A DNA stretch of 64,000 nucleotides from an uncultured Planctomycetota bacterium (GCA_963845755.1 CAWJTV010000037.1:1-64000); one strand, 5' to 3'; numbered from the stretch's first letter, positions 10,549 to 22,105 are shown. Made by a program: numbers and translations. Notes: generated from the sequence alone by a model not told the origin.

Positions 10549-10591
10549 TCCGTAACCCCTTGGCGGACTTGACCTTTACGCCATCGCGACG

Positions 10592-10638
10592 ACGGTCTGC
10601 AAAACCGTTATACGTGGGTTCGACTCCCACCGGCGCCT
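10592..10638 (+). other. 3' half of tRNA-Cys(GCA): att-site duplication, not an intact tRNA
   Basis: ACGGT-CTGCAAA-ACCGT anticodon arm, GTGGG-TTCGACT-CCCAC T arm, CGGCGCC acceptor 3' strand; no D arm or GGCGCCG 5' strand upstream. Confidence 0.9.
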
Positions 10639-10682
10639 CTCGTGACACAACGTGTAGGTTTTCATCGGAGAGCGGACCACGG

Positions 10683-10923
10683 CCACTGGCCAACATCTCG
10701 GGCAAATGCAGACCTCTCGACCGTCCGGCCCTTCCTGGTCGCGCCGGCTGATGAGCGGCAGTTGATGAGACTCATCCGGAGTTGATCAGTTGTTCGGCCA
10801 ACGGCAGGGAGATGGTCGTCGATGATGGCGATGGGATGCACTTGATCGAGATATTCCTGGACATCGAGCTCACGCCGAAACTGGGCCCAAACTTGGCCAA
10901 GCGAAAAGTGAGTGGGAAGTAAT
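10683..10923 (+). pseudogene. Degraded small planctomycete-type hypothetical protein
   Basis: Fragments RPFLV..AD.RQ / THPELISCSANGREMVVDDGDGMHLIEIFL..K*. Confidence 0.35.
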
Positions 10924-11485
10924 TCGGATCCGATGCATTCCCGATGAGGGCGAGTCGCTCCGATGCCGACGGCCACCGTCTACCGCTCTTCGTGGCAAAA
11001 AATCCGGTTCAGCTTGCGGGACCTGATGATCCTGGTCCTGGTGATCGGGAGCGGACTGGGCGGGATGATCGTGTTCGTCCGCGACATCCGTGCTCAGCGC
11101 GAGGCTGTGGTCGCGATCAAGAACGCCGGAGGGCGGGTCCTCTACGATTCGACCCTGAAAGACTGGAGGCCTGGGTGGTTCAATGGGCTCGTCAAAGGCC
11201 TTGGAGTCGACTGCGTCGAGCATCCAGTCTGTGTATCGATTGATCCCCTACGAGGTCCACTCCCGCTCGTATCGGAAGCGGTATTCGGCGACATAGAGCA
11301 GCTTCCCCGACTGGAGATCCTGGATGTGTCCGGAGCGCAGGTGCACGACTCCTGGCTGGTCCATGTCCAGGGGCTGAGCAACCTGAGGGTCCTCGGCCTC
11401 AACAAGACCCACATTACCGACTCCGGGTTGGGGCGAATCCGACAACTGGGCAATCTCCAGACCATATTCCTCGTCGGCACACAGG

Positions 11486-12848
11486 CAGGGCTTACGCACC
11501 AGATTTCTCTGGGATTTGGGCCAGTACACTCAATAGATAGTCGTTCTTCCACCCCGCCAGCAGGCGGCGAGTCGCGATACTCTTGCCCTTACTGTTCTTC
11601 TCCGCCTTGAGCAGACAGAGCGCCAGCTTGCGGAGCCATGCCAGGTTCTCGGCACTGTTGCCGGCCCAGTGCCTCTGGTCATCCTCGTGGAAACAGACGT
11701 CCAAGACCCAGTGCAGCGAGTTCTCGATCCCCCAATGGCCGCGCACCCACCCCAGATACTCCTCCGCCGTCCCGGCCGCGCTGCCGATGAAGTAGCGGGT
11801 CTCGCTCCCGACGACACCGTTGACCATCCGCTGGCTGATCACCATCACGATCGCCGTCAGCCCGGCCCACAGGCCCGCGTCCCGGATGCCCTTCGGCTCG
11901 GTGATCACGCAGCAACTGCGGGTCTCCTGGCGACCGCTACGGACCCCTTCGGTCTGACACTCGGTGAAGTCCACATCGGGCTCGCCACGTTCCAAGACCT
12001 CCTCGAATGCCCGCTCGATGTCCTGGTAGAGATGCGGCTGATTCTCCTTGACCGCCAGCACATACTGGCCCTCCCCTTCGATGATGTCGGCGGCGATGTC
12101 CTTCTGGCAGCCCATGGCGTCGATGGTCACCACGGCCCCCTTCAGGTCCAACAGCGCCAACAACTCGGGGATGGCCGTAATCTCGTTGGATTTGGCGTCG
12201 GTGGCCACTTGCCCCAGGGTCAAACGATTCTCGACGGCCCAGGCGCTGACCACGTGCAAGGCCGAGCGACCGACGGTGCGCCGCGCCGCGCCGCGTTGGG
12301 CCTTGCCGTCGATGGCGATCGGTCTCAATGCGGGCGGATCCGCGGCGAGCGGGATCAATCCGCGCCGCTCCATCGCGCCGTCATCCAGGCGTAGAAGCAT
12401 CTCTGGAAGGCGAGCGGGTCGAGCAGGCAGAAGACGCGGCGGAAGGTATCGTGCGAGGGGATGCCGCCGGGCAAGGTGAGGATGGTCTGGAGCCAGTCGA
12501 TCTTGGAGTGGGCGTAGCCGGCGATCTGCTCCCAGGTCTCGGCGCCGCAGAACATGGCGCAGGTGGCCATGAAGACGATCTCATCGAGTCGATGGATTCG
12601 CCCCTGCTCGCGGCGCAGGTCGGGGAGGTCAGCGAAATGCTCGAGGATCGAGGCCGGGTCGTGGGCCGGGGGAGTGGAGAGCGGCTCGGGGATGGCGGTC
12701 ATGGTGTGGACGTCCCTGAAGGTGTCGACGGGTCCTGGAGATCGATGGTACAAGAGACGCCCGATCCCCAGCCAGCCGGACTACACAACAGAGTCGAGCT
12801 GCTCATCCCCAGAGCACCCAGTCATCCCAGGCTGGTGCGTAAGCCCTG
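11486..12848 (-). mobile_element. ISAs1-family insertion sequence (1363 bp)
   Basis: Perfect 17-bp terminal IRs CAGGGCTTACGCACCAG; 10-bp target duplication GGCACACAGG at 11476-11485 and 12849-12858. Confidence 0.97.
11492..12702 (-). CDS. ISAs1 DDE transposase (frameshift near 12380)
   Basis: GIPSHDTFRRVF, IAIDGK, KSNEITAIPELL, TIDAMGCQ, VKENQP, RGHWGIENSLHWVLDV. Confidence 0.96.
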
Positions 12849-13233
12849 GGCACACAGGTCACCGATGCCGGATTGGTCCACCTCGAAGACCTGACCGAAC
12901 TGCGGGGTGTGGATCTCCGCGATACGAAGGTCACCGAAGTCGGTATACGACGATTGCGTCACGCACTGCCGAAAGCGCTGATTACCCATTAGCTCTAACG
13001 AGGAATCCGGCCGAAAGGATCAGGATCGCAGGTCACTCGGCTCGTTCAGTACGGTCTCGAGTCGGCTATGTTCGCCAGTCCAGGGGCAGGGACAAATTCG
13101 GTGTCTCAGGTGCCACAAGTGCATGGGCAGCCGGGCACCGCCGGCCGACCACCCTCCATCACACGCGAGGACGGTTGTCTCGTGGAGCCACCTCTCAGAT
13201 ATCGCGAATACCTCCGCGACGTGACCATCCTCT

Positions 13234-13673
13234 CTACCACCCGTCGCCAGCAAGCTGGCCGCGGCTTCTCGACTCAAGCCGACTCACGCGGTTGGCATTC
13301 AGAGTTGAGTGTCTCGACCTGCATGATACCCGCGGCATTAGTTGGACAAGTGGGGGGAACTGTTCCTCAGCGATCGGCGGATTCTTCTTGTACCATCGCT
13401 TGCCGCCCCGCTCGTCATCGCCTGCTAGCAGGATGGAGGCAAACCGCCTGGCGATAACCGACTGGATGCGCCACGGATCGCCGCGAAACGGGACACGCAG
13501 TTCCCTCACATTGGCGAACACTGATCCTTGAACCGTATCGACCAAGCGCCTGCCGAACTGGGGCCATGTTTCCGCAAGGGACCAATTTGGGCCAGGATTA
13601 CATCCGGAAGCGCTTCGTCGAAGCCCTCGAACCATGTCGCGAACGAGACGTCGAATTGCATCTCCCATTCCAT
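13234..13673 (-). pseudogene. Degenerate RelE/ParE (Gp49/HigB-like) toxin; no recognisable antitoxin downstream
   Basis: MEWEMQFDVSFATWF..LRKHGP / VDTVQGSVFANVRELRVPFRGDPWRI..ILLAGD..KRWYKK..IAEEQF. Confidence 0.75.
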
Positions 13674-13817
13674 GGGACTCTCCTGTTCCTCGTAATGGAT
13701 ACATTGCCTCCAAGGAATCGTGTCAATCGCGATGTTTAATACTTGCTTGACTCCCGCTTCTGCCCCCCGGCATAATCGCGCCTGGTAAAGAAAGTGCCGA
13801 CGGTACGAGGCGAGCCT

Positions 13818-16694
13818 ATGATCCTCCCCATTGTCCTGGCGATGATCGCGGATCCAGGCACGGGCGTCCATTACGTGCGCGACGTCAAGCCGGTGTTGGC
13901 TGCGCGTTGCACCAGTTGTCACGGGGCAATCCGACAGAAGGCGGGACTGCGACTGGACACGGCCGAGCTCATTCGCCGGGGTGGCGAGGGTGGTCAGGCC
14001 GTCGAACCGGGTCGGAGCGGGGAAAGTCTGCTCATTGAGCGGGTGACGGCCGCGGCGAACTCGGAGCGGATGCCTCCCGAGAGCGAGGGCACCCGGCTGA
14101 GTCCGCAAGAGGTCGCCGTGCTGCGTGCCTGGATCGATCAGGGAGCACGCGCGCCTGCCGAGCCGACGCCGCCGGATCCGAGGCGACACTGGGCCTTTCA
14201 GGCCCCGGCACGGCCGGCCATCCCGGATGAGGGGAATCGCGACTGGACCCGCAACCCAGTCGAACGCGTTATTGGCGGCTGGCCATCGCGCCCGAAGACT
14301 CAAGCCGGCCCCGCCCATCGGCAAGGACCTGTGGCTCCGCCGCGTCACACTCGACCTGATCGGCCTGCCGCCGACTCTCGCCCAGGCCCGGAGCTTCCGC
14401 GACGATCCTTCGCCGGATTCCGAGGAACGGGTTGTCAACCAGCTCCTGGGCAGCCCTAGGTACGGCGAGCGCCGGGCGCGACACTGGATGGACGTCTGGC
14501 GGTATAGCGACTGGTACGGACTGGGTCAGGAGGCCCGGTACAGTCACCCGCACCTCTGGCACTGGCGCGACTGGATCGTGCAGTCGCTGAACGCCGACAA
14601 GGGTTACGACCGGATGGTCCTGGAGATGCTCGCGGGCGATGAGGTCGCACCCGACGATCCCGATACGGTCCGCGCCACCGGCTTCCTGGCCCGCAATTGG
14701 GATATTTTCAACCGGGACGCGTGGCTCGCGAACACGGTCGAGCACACGTCTCGCGCCTTCCTGGGTCTGACGATCCAATGTGCCCGGTGCCACGATCACA
14801 AGTACGACCCGATCTCCCAGGCTGATTATTATCGGTTCCGCGCCTTCTTCGAGCCGCATCACATCCGGATCGACCGCGTACCCGGGCAGCCCGACCGGAC
14901 CAAGGCGGGCCTGCCGCGCGTCTTCGATGACTTCCCCGATCGACCGACCTACTTGTTCGTACGCGGCGATGAGACGCGGCCCGATAAGTCTCGGTCGATG
15001 CGGCCGGCGACCCCCGCCGTACTGGGCGGCGAAGTCCGGATCGACCCGATCGCTCTGACCCTCGCGGCTTATTGCCCCGACAAAAGGTCCTTCGTCATCG
15101 ATGAGGCGCTGTCCGAATCCGATCGGGGCATCGCCGCTGCCATGAAGGCGGTCGTCGAGGCGCGTGGCCGCTGGGAGCAGGCGGAACGGGCTCTGGCTGC
15201 CGCCCGAGTGGAGGACGAGCGAGCCGTGGAGCGACTCTCCTCCGCGGTCGATAAGCCCGATGCGCTCGCCGCGGCCCGCTCGCTGTCCGACCGCGCGATT
15301 GAGCGGCTAATCGTTGCTCGCCGATCGGCCGGTGACTCCATCGAGGATCGGGCCATCGCCCAGGCCGCCCTGAACCAGGCCGAAGCCAGGCGCACTGCTC
15401 TGGAGGCAGTTCTGGCCGTAGAGCGACTCGAGGACGCGGGGGCCAAGGCAAACGGGTCGGCATCGTGGAGCGAGGCAGCGCGCGCCGCTTCGTCGGCCCA
15501 GCGGGCGTTCGTTCTCGCCGAGGCCTGGTACAAAGTCCTCCAGGCCCGACGCGATACCGACCGAGCCCGGCGTACTCTCACCGCGTTGGACCGTGCCGGT
15601 GCGCGGGGAAACCGGCCACGCTTGGGGATGTCCGTGTGAAGGCAGACGCGGCGTTAGCCGAGGCGCGGGGCCGCCTTGACGCGGCGGAGAAACATCTCGA
15701 TCAGGCCCGGGCCGCCGACAAGACGCTTCGAAATACGGCCTACACCCCGCGTCCACTCGAATTCCCGCGGGCCAAGACGACGTATCGCGACGTGCCGAGC
15801 ACCGCCCCGTATGCGAAAGTCAGCACAGGCCGACGGCTGGGGCTGGCGCGCTGGATCGTCGATCAACGCAACCCGCTGGCGGCTCGGGTTGCAGTCAACC
15901 ACATCTGGGACCGACATTTCGGCGAGCCGCTTGTGAGCAGTGTCTCCGACTTCGGACTCCGCGCACCACGCCCCGAGCTCCAGGAACTGCTCGACTGGCT
16001 GGCCGTCGAATTGATGGAATCCGGCTGGAGCCTGAAGCATCTGCACCGGCTGATCGTCACGTCGCGGGCCTATGGAATGCGATCCTCGGCCGACGGGTCG
16101 GACGACCCGAACCTCCGGATCGACGCCGACAACCATTACATATGGCGGATGAATCCCAGGCGCATGGAAGGGGAGGTCATCCGCGACTCGCTACTGTTAC
16201 TGGCCGACCGACTCGATTCGACGATGAGTGGACCGGATCTGGCGATCGAGTCCGCCGAGTCCGGCATGCGCCGCACGCTTTACTACCGCGTGACACGCGA
16301 CGAGCGCATCCCACTCCTGACCATGTTCGATGCTCCCAACGTCGAGGACTGCTACCGGCGCCATGAGACAATCGTGCCTCAGCAGGCGCTGGCGATGACC
16401 AACAGCGGAATGGTCCTGATCCGCTCGGGCCAGATCGCCGACTTGATCGACCGTGAGGTTGGTCGGGATGAATCTCTTTCGACCCGCTCGGCTTTCGTGG
16501 TCGCCGCGTTCGAGCGAACCCTCGGCCGATCGCCAACTTCCTCGGAGCGTTCCGAATGCGAGACAGGCCTGCAACGACTGACCGGGGTGTTCGCCCGGGA
16601 AGCCAACAGCGCCGGCTCGTCTCCGGAATCCCGCGCCCGGGCGGCGCTCGTGCACGTGCTCCTGAATCACAATGACTTTGTCACGATCCGATGA
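13818..16694 (+). CDS. Planctomycete cytochrome c / PSD1 (DUF1549-DUF1553) protein; frameshifts near 14265 and 15605
   Basis: CTSCH and [11 protein letters not shown] motifs, [48 protein letters not shown]. Confidence 0.93.
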
Positions 16695-16709
16695 CCGGGA
16701 GCCATCGCA

Positions 16710-18185
16710 ATGCCGGCACACGCCTCGAACCAACTGATACAGCCGCGCCGGGCATTCCTGGCGGACATGGGAATGGGATTCGTCGGCTTGGTGCTGGGCG
16801 CGATGCTGCATCGCGACGGGGCGCAATCGCCGCCGATGTGCCTGACCGGACTGCACTCGAGGGCCGGCCACCTCATTCGCCGCGAGCCCGGCGGGTCATC
16901 TGGCTGATGATGCGCGGGGGAGTCAGTCATCTCGAAAGCTTCGACCCCAAACCCGCCTCGACCGCCATGCCGGTAAGACGATCGGCGAGACCCCCTACAA
17001 GCCGACCGTCTTCGATTCGCCGTTCCTCAAGAACGTCCGGGAGCAGGTCGCGAACAACATCATCGACAAGCAGAAGGCTCGGATCTATCCCACCCAGATC
17101 GGGTTCAAGCCGGGTGGGCAGAGTGGGATCGCCGTCAGCGACTGGTGGCCGCACTTGCGCCGTTGCGTAGATGACATGGCCGTGATCCGGTCGATGTTCA
17201 CAACCGACAACAACCATGGTGCCCAGATGGAATTCCTCACGGGGCGGCACCTGCTCGACGGCTGTTATCCGACGATCGGAGCTTGGGTCCACTACGGACT
17301 CGGTTCCCTCAGCGACGATCTACCGCAATTCATCGCGATGGGACCGGCACTCGAGTCGCAATGCATGGGGGGCGTCGATGCCAACTACTTGGGTCCCGAG
17401 CACGCCGGGGTTCATCTCGAGGTGGATCCGGCCAATCCCCTGCCGTTTGCGCAGCCGGGCATGCCCGTCGGGGCCTCGGAGGCGTCGATCAAGGCAGGCA
17501 TCCTCGGCCGGTTGAACCGGCTCGCGGCGCTGGAGTATCCCGACGATCGCAGGTTGCGCGCCGGATTCAGTCGTACGAGCTGGCCTTCCGGATGCAGACG
17601 GCCGTGCCCGAGGTACTGCGATTCAGCGATGAAGACCGATCGACACAACAGCTCTATGGACTGGACCACGAGGTCACTCGTCCGTTCGGCCAGCAACTCC
17701 TGGCGGCGCGCCGGCTGGCGGAGCGCGGCGTTCGCTTCATTCAGGTCTTCCATGGAGGTGGGGCGGCCGGTGCCTGGGACGCCCATGCCGGCCTCCGCGC
17801 GAATCATTCTACGCTGTGTGCGCAGGTCAACCGGCCGATGGCCGGGCTGTTGATCGATCTCAAACGGCGCGGGCTGCTGGAGGACACGATCGTCGTCTGG
17901 GCGACCGAGTTCGGCCGCACACCGTGTGCGCAGGGGGCCGACGGTCGCGACCATCATAACTACGGCTTCTCCGTGTGGCTGGCCGGTGGCGGAATCCAAG
18001 GGGGCATCGTCCACGGTGCCACCGACGAGCTGGGTTTCCACGCCGTCGAGGATCGTCATTATGTTACCGACATCCACGCCACGATCCTCCAGCTTCTCGG
18101 CCTCGATTCCCGCCGCCTCGAGATTCCGGGACGCAAACGCCTCGATGTCGAACATGGCCGGCCGATCCGCGAGATCCTGGCTTGA
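16710..18185 (+). CDS. DUF1501 (sulfatase-like) protein with Tat-like leader; several frameshifts
   Basis: [58 protein letters not shown]. Confidence 0.92.
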
Positions 18186-18253
18186 GCGTGCGATCTGCGG
18201 TATTCATGGAGGGCCAGACGCACGGATTCGACTCCTTTCCCGGAGGCACTAGC

Positions 18254-19540
18254 ATGATTGGACGATGGCTAGTCTTGTGCGCCTGCGCGGGCGCGTTCCT
18301 GGCCGTTCCCTCGGCGCGTGCCGAGATCCAGGCCGGGGCTGCCGTGCGGATCATCACGCCTGAGAAAAACCTGCCCGTCTCGGGCGGGATGGGAATTCCC
18401 CGACCATCACGCGAGAAACGCGACGAGCTGACGGCACGGGCGCTCGTGTTGCGCAAGGGAGAGACGACCGTCGCAATCGTGGGCCTCGATCTGCTCGGGT
18501 TCCCCTCTGCGCTCGGAGATCGCGTGCGTGCGCAGGTCGGCCGCATTTCGGCTCAGAATATTCTCATCGGCTCGACCCACACTCACAGTGCACCGGACTG
18601 TTATGCGTTCCCCGACGACAAGGGCGGGCACACCGGCGACCTCGAATACATGGCCTCCGTCTGTACCAAGACGGCGGAAGCGATCAACGAGGCAATCGAC
18701 CGGCTCCAGCCGGCCTGGATCCGCATTGCGACGGGCGAGGCGAAAGGAAAGATCGCGTATAACTACTACGCGCCTGACCTGTACGACCGGCGGATGAATG
18801 TCATCCAGGCCGTCAGCCCGCGGGGTCAGGTGATCGCCACACTCGTCAACTACGCCGTCCATCCGGAAGTCCTGGGCAACGAAGTAGGCATCCTCAGCCC
18901 GGACCTGGTCGGGCCTCTTTGCAAGCAGATCGAGTCTCAGGCCGGTGGCACGGCCCTGTTCATGAACAGCGCCCAGGGTGGCATGGTCACGGCCGACAAC
19001 CGTAACCTCGATCAGCCGAGGGATCCCCATCGCGGCTACTGGAACGATTCGCGGACCTGGGACGAATGCCTGCGCATCGGGCATCTCATGGCCGGCGAGG
19101 CGCTGCGGATCGTCAAGGACGCTCCGCAGCAAAAGGATCCATCCCTGTTCTGCGACGCGATCTCCGTGCGGTTCCCGGTCAATTCGGAAGAGATGTGGGA
19201 CGTCGTGCTCCATTCGCCGCTGAAGTATCCGCACAATGAAGATCGCTCGATCACGGCGCGCATCAACCTCGTCAACCTCGGCGACGCTCAGATCCTGACG
19301 ATCCCCGGCGAGGCGCTGCCGAATATCGGGTTCTATCTCAAGCGGAAAATGCAAGGGAGGCACAATCTCCTGTTCGGCCTGACGAACGATGCATTCGGCT
19401 ACATCCTGACCAAGGTGGACTTCCAGAGCTTTCCGCGGTATGACTACGTCTCGCGCACTTCGCTGGGCGAGATGACGGGCGAGATCCTGATCGAGAAGTC
19501 GCTCGATCTCGTCAACAAGTCGCCGGCGCCGGGCCGTTGA
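18254..19540 (+). CDS. Secreted neutral/alkaline ceramidase-like metallohydrolase
   Basis: Signal peptide; LTARALVL, STHTHSAP, NYAVHPE, IPGE motifs. Confidence 0.8.
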   Translation: MIGRWLVLCACAGAFLAVPSARAEIQAGAAVRIITPEKNLPVSGGMGIPRPSREKRDELTARALVLRKGETTVAIVGLDLLGFPSALGDRVRAQVGRISAQNILIGSTHTHSAPDCYAFPDDKGGHTGDLEYMASVCTKTAEAINEAIDRLQPAWIRIATGEAKGKIAYNYYAPDLYDRRMNVIQAVSPRGQVIATLVNYAVHPEVLGNEVGILSPDLVGPLCKQIESQAGGTALFMNSAQGGMVTADNRNLDQPRDPHRGYWNDSRTWDECLRIGHLMAGEALRIVKDAPQQKDPSLFCDAISVRFPVNSEEMWDVVLHSPLKYPHNEDRSITARINLVNLGDAQILTIPGEALPNIGFYLKRKMQGRHNLLFGLTNDAFGYILTKVDFQSFPRYDYVSRTSLGEMTGEILIEKSLDLVNKSPAPGR

Positions 19541-19614
19541 ATCAGGTCACTCGGACTAGGAGTAGCCGGTCGAAGGAGTTTCTCGAGCAACCGAAGCGAG
19601 GGGAAGACGCCTGT

Positions 19615-20259
19615 ATGTGGATCGACCGGGTCGTCAAGTGGCTGCTACCGAGAGAGGAACACTTCTTTGACCTGCTCGAGAAAGGCGCCGCTCTGGCTCA
19701 GGAGATCGGCAGCTTGCTCGCGGAATGCTGCGGAGCACCCTCAGAGGACCGCGAGGCGCTGGTCGATCGAATGCGCGAGGTCGAGCACCGGGCCGACCGT
19801 GTGATCGCCGAGGTGTACGAGGCCCTGAATCGCACGTTCGTGACCCCACTGGACCGATCGGACATCTACGAGCTCGCCTCGTGTCTGGAACGGATTGCCG
19901 ACGACGTTTTCGCCACGGCCTTGCAGATCGTCGTCCACGATATGGAGGATCTTCCGCCGGGGAGTTGCGAACTGTCGGCGCTGATCCACGACGCATGCGG
20001 GGCCATCGAGACCGCGGTCGCCGACCTCCGAAACATGAAATACGTCGGCCGGATCCGCAACCAATGCGAGCACCTTGAGCGCCTTGAAAACGAAGGGGAC
20101 AGGATCTATCGCACGCAACTTGCCGCGATGTTCCGGACCGAGACCGACGCGATCCGACTGATCAAGCACAAGGAGTTCCTTGAGGGCCTGGAAGATACGC
20201 TCGATACCTGCGACGACGTGGGCGGTGCCCTCCGGACGATCGTGATCAAGAACGCCTGA
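19615..20259 (+). CDS. DUF47 / PhoU-like phosphate transport regulator
   Basis: LLPREEHFFDL, EHRAD..LNRTFVTPLDRSDI, LENEGD, IKNA; upstream of Pit. Confidence 0.93.
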   Translation: MWIDRVVKWLLPREEHFFDLLEKGAALAQEIGSLLAECCGAPSEDREALVDRMREVEHRADRVIAEVYEALNRTFVTPLDRSDIYELASCLERIADDVFATALQIVVHDMEDLPPGSCELSALIHDACGAIETAVADLRNMKYVGRIRNQCEHLERLENEGDRIYRTQLAAMFRTETDAIRLIKHKEFLEGLEDTLDTCDDVGGALRTIVIKNA

Positions 20260-20268
20260 GGAACGCCG

Positions 20269-21281
20269 ATGAGCACGGCCTCGCTGATCCTCGCCCTGGT
20301 CGTCGTGGCCGCGCTGGCGTTCGACTACATCAATGGCTTTCACGATGCGGCCAACGCGGTGGCGACAGTCGTGAGTACAGGAGTGCTGCCGTTGCGGACG
20401 GCGATCCTCCTGGCCGCCCTGCTGAACTTCGCGGGGGCGCTGACCGGCACGGCCGTCGCCGCGACCATCGGCACCGGTCTGATCGAGCCGTCGGCGGTCA
20501 CGCAGGTCGTGGTCTTGTCGGCCCTGATCGGCGCATACGTTCTGGAACCTGGTCACCTGGTACTTCGGGATTCCGTCATCATCCTCGCACGCGCTGGTCG
20601 GCGGGCTGGTTGGATCCGCGGTGGCTCACGCGGGCGGGCGGCGCGATCCGGGTCCCCGGTCTCCTCAAGGTGGTTGAGAGCCTGGTGATCAGCCCGCTCG
20701 TCGGTTTCGGGATGGGATTTGTGCTGATGCTTGGACTATTCTGGATCTGTCGCAAGCGGAGGCCTTCCCGGTTGAGCCCGATGTTCCGCCGGCTCCAGGT
20801 CGTCTCTGCCGGATTCATGGCCTTGTCGCACGGCAGCAACGACGCCCAGAAGACGATGGGAATCATCGCCATGAGCCTATCAGTCTACTCCGGCGGATCG
20901 CACACGGCCGAACACTTCCAGGTTCCGATCTGGGTGATGGTGGTATGCGCAATGGCGATGGGCGCGGGGACGATGGCGGGGGGCGTCCGGATCATCAAGA
21001 CGATGGGCACGAAGATCATCGACCTGAAGCCGATCCATGGTTTCGCGGCGGAGACCGGCGCGGCGATTACCATCCTGACCGCCTCGCACATGGGGCTGCC
21101 GGTCTCGACAACACACGTGATCAGCGGCGCGATCATGGGGGTCGGTTCCAGCCAGCGCGTCTCGGCCGTGCGCTGGGGCGTGACGGCAAGGATCGCGTGG
21201 GCCTGGGTGCTGACCATCCCCATCAGCGCGGCGGTGGCCTGGGGCTGTTACTATCCGATCGGCCTGGCTCTCGGGCTCTGA
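20269..21281 (+). CDS. pit: PiT-family inorganic phosphate transporter (frameshifts near 20540 and 20640)
   Basis: NGFHDAANAVATVV, HGSNDAQKTMG, GLPVSTTH motifs. Confidence 0.95.
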
Positions 21282-21325
21282 TGCCGTGTCGGAGTGAACC
21301 GATCCTGAAGGCTCACAAGTTCTTA

Positions 21326-22105
21326 TCAGATGGGCGTGACGTTGAAGTAGGAACCGAATAGGGAGATCGTGAAGAGTGCCCCATCGTAGCCGCTGATCGG
21401 CTGCGAAAGGCTGACGTTGGTAAATGGCGGTGGCGTTTGGCCCCCGTCCGCGAGGCTCACATCCATCGTCATGAAGGCGTTGGTCGCCTTCCCGAAATCG
21501 AAGAGTGCGATCGTACCTCCCTGGGCCGGAATGATCTCGGTGATGAACGGCTGCGGGGTATGCGGTGTCGCCAGATCGACGGTCACGCGGAGAACCAGAC
21601 CGGTCGTGTTCTGGATCTTCACGCTGTCGAGACTGACTGCGGGCACGGGAGTGGTCGTACCCCCCGGGACGTGGCCGGGAGTGGTCGTACTCCCCGAGCC
21701 GTGGCCGGGAGTGGAGGCGGTCGAGGAGCCCGACCCACTCACGGGGGGGTTGGCGCCACCGACTCCATCCTGCACATAGCGGTAAAGGTCGCCGAGGATC
21801 AGCCTCTCCGTCGCGATGATCGACCTCGCGGAATGAGGGCGATACAGCCCGATATCGCTCTGCCACGCCGGGGCGAGACCTTCTTCTCCGGACGGAATCC
21901 GCGACGAAAGTCTGGTGAGATGTGCCCCCGCTTGGCCTGTGTCCTTCGTCTTGGCCAGCGTGCTCATGATTGCCCTGACGTCGCGAACGACTCCGGTCAA
22001 CGCGTGCTGCGACAAGAGGAGTGCGGCGGCAGACAACATCACTCTCGGCTCAACGACATCCAGGCTCGGGACAACGTCCCTTCTTCGTTCTTGGCATGGC
22101 TGCAT
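21326..22105 (-). CDS. Planctomycete LEPRxLL-type extracellular protein with Thr/Pro/Gly linker
   Basis: RRRDVVPSLDVVEPRVMLS N-terminus; GGAG RBS before ATG at 22105. Confidence 0.7.
   Translation of the reverse strand: MQPCQERRRDVVPSLDVVEPRVMLSAAALLLSQHALTGVVRDVRAIMSTLAKTKDTGQAGAHLTRLSSRIPSGEEGLAPAWQSDIGLYRPHSARSIIATERLILGDLYRYVQDGVGGANPPVSGSGSSTASTPGHGSGSTTTPGHVPGGTTTPVPAVSLDSVKIQNTTGLVLRVTVDLATPHTPQPFITEIIPAQGGTIALFDFGKATNAFMTMDVSLADGGQTPPPFTNVSLSQPISGYDGALFTISLFGSYFNVTPI
21646..21730. repeat. 30-bp coding tandem repeat (about 2.8 copies)
   Basis: CGGGAGTGGTCGTACYCCCCGRGMCGTGGC units; encode TTTPGH-type linker on minus strand. Confidence 0.75.

Larger units (their letters stand above)
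1..10638. mobile_element. Right portion of an integrated element (prophage remnant, satellite or genomic island) inserted at tRNA-Cys; left end outside window
   Basis: Ends in an isolated 3' half of tRNA-Cys (att duplication); contains terminase, HNH and nuclease genes and low-GC patches; ordinary chromosomal genes resume to the right. Confidence 0.8.
10963..12992 (+). pseudogene. Membrane-anchored leucine-rich-repeat protein interrupted by ISAs1
   Basis: RFSLRDLMILVLVIG anchor and LRRs up to LVGTQ (11485); resumes after the IS as GTQVTDAGLVHLEDLTELRGVDLRDTKVT..LPKALITH*. Confidence 0.92.

Noticed and set aside
10555..10640. Intact tRNA-Cys gene
   Set aside because: 5' acceptor strand and D arm are absent; only the 3' half is present
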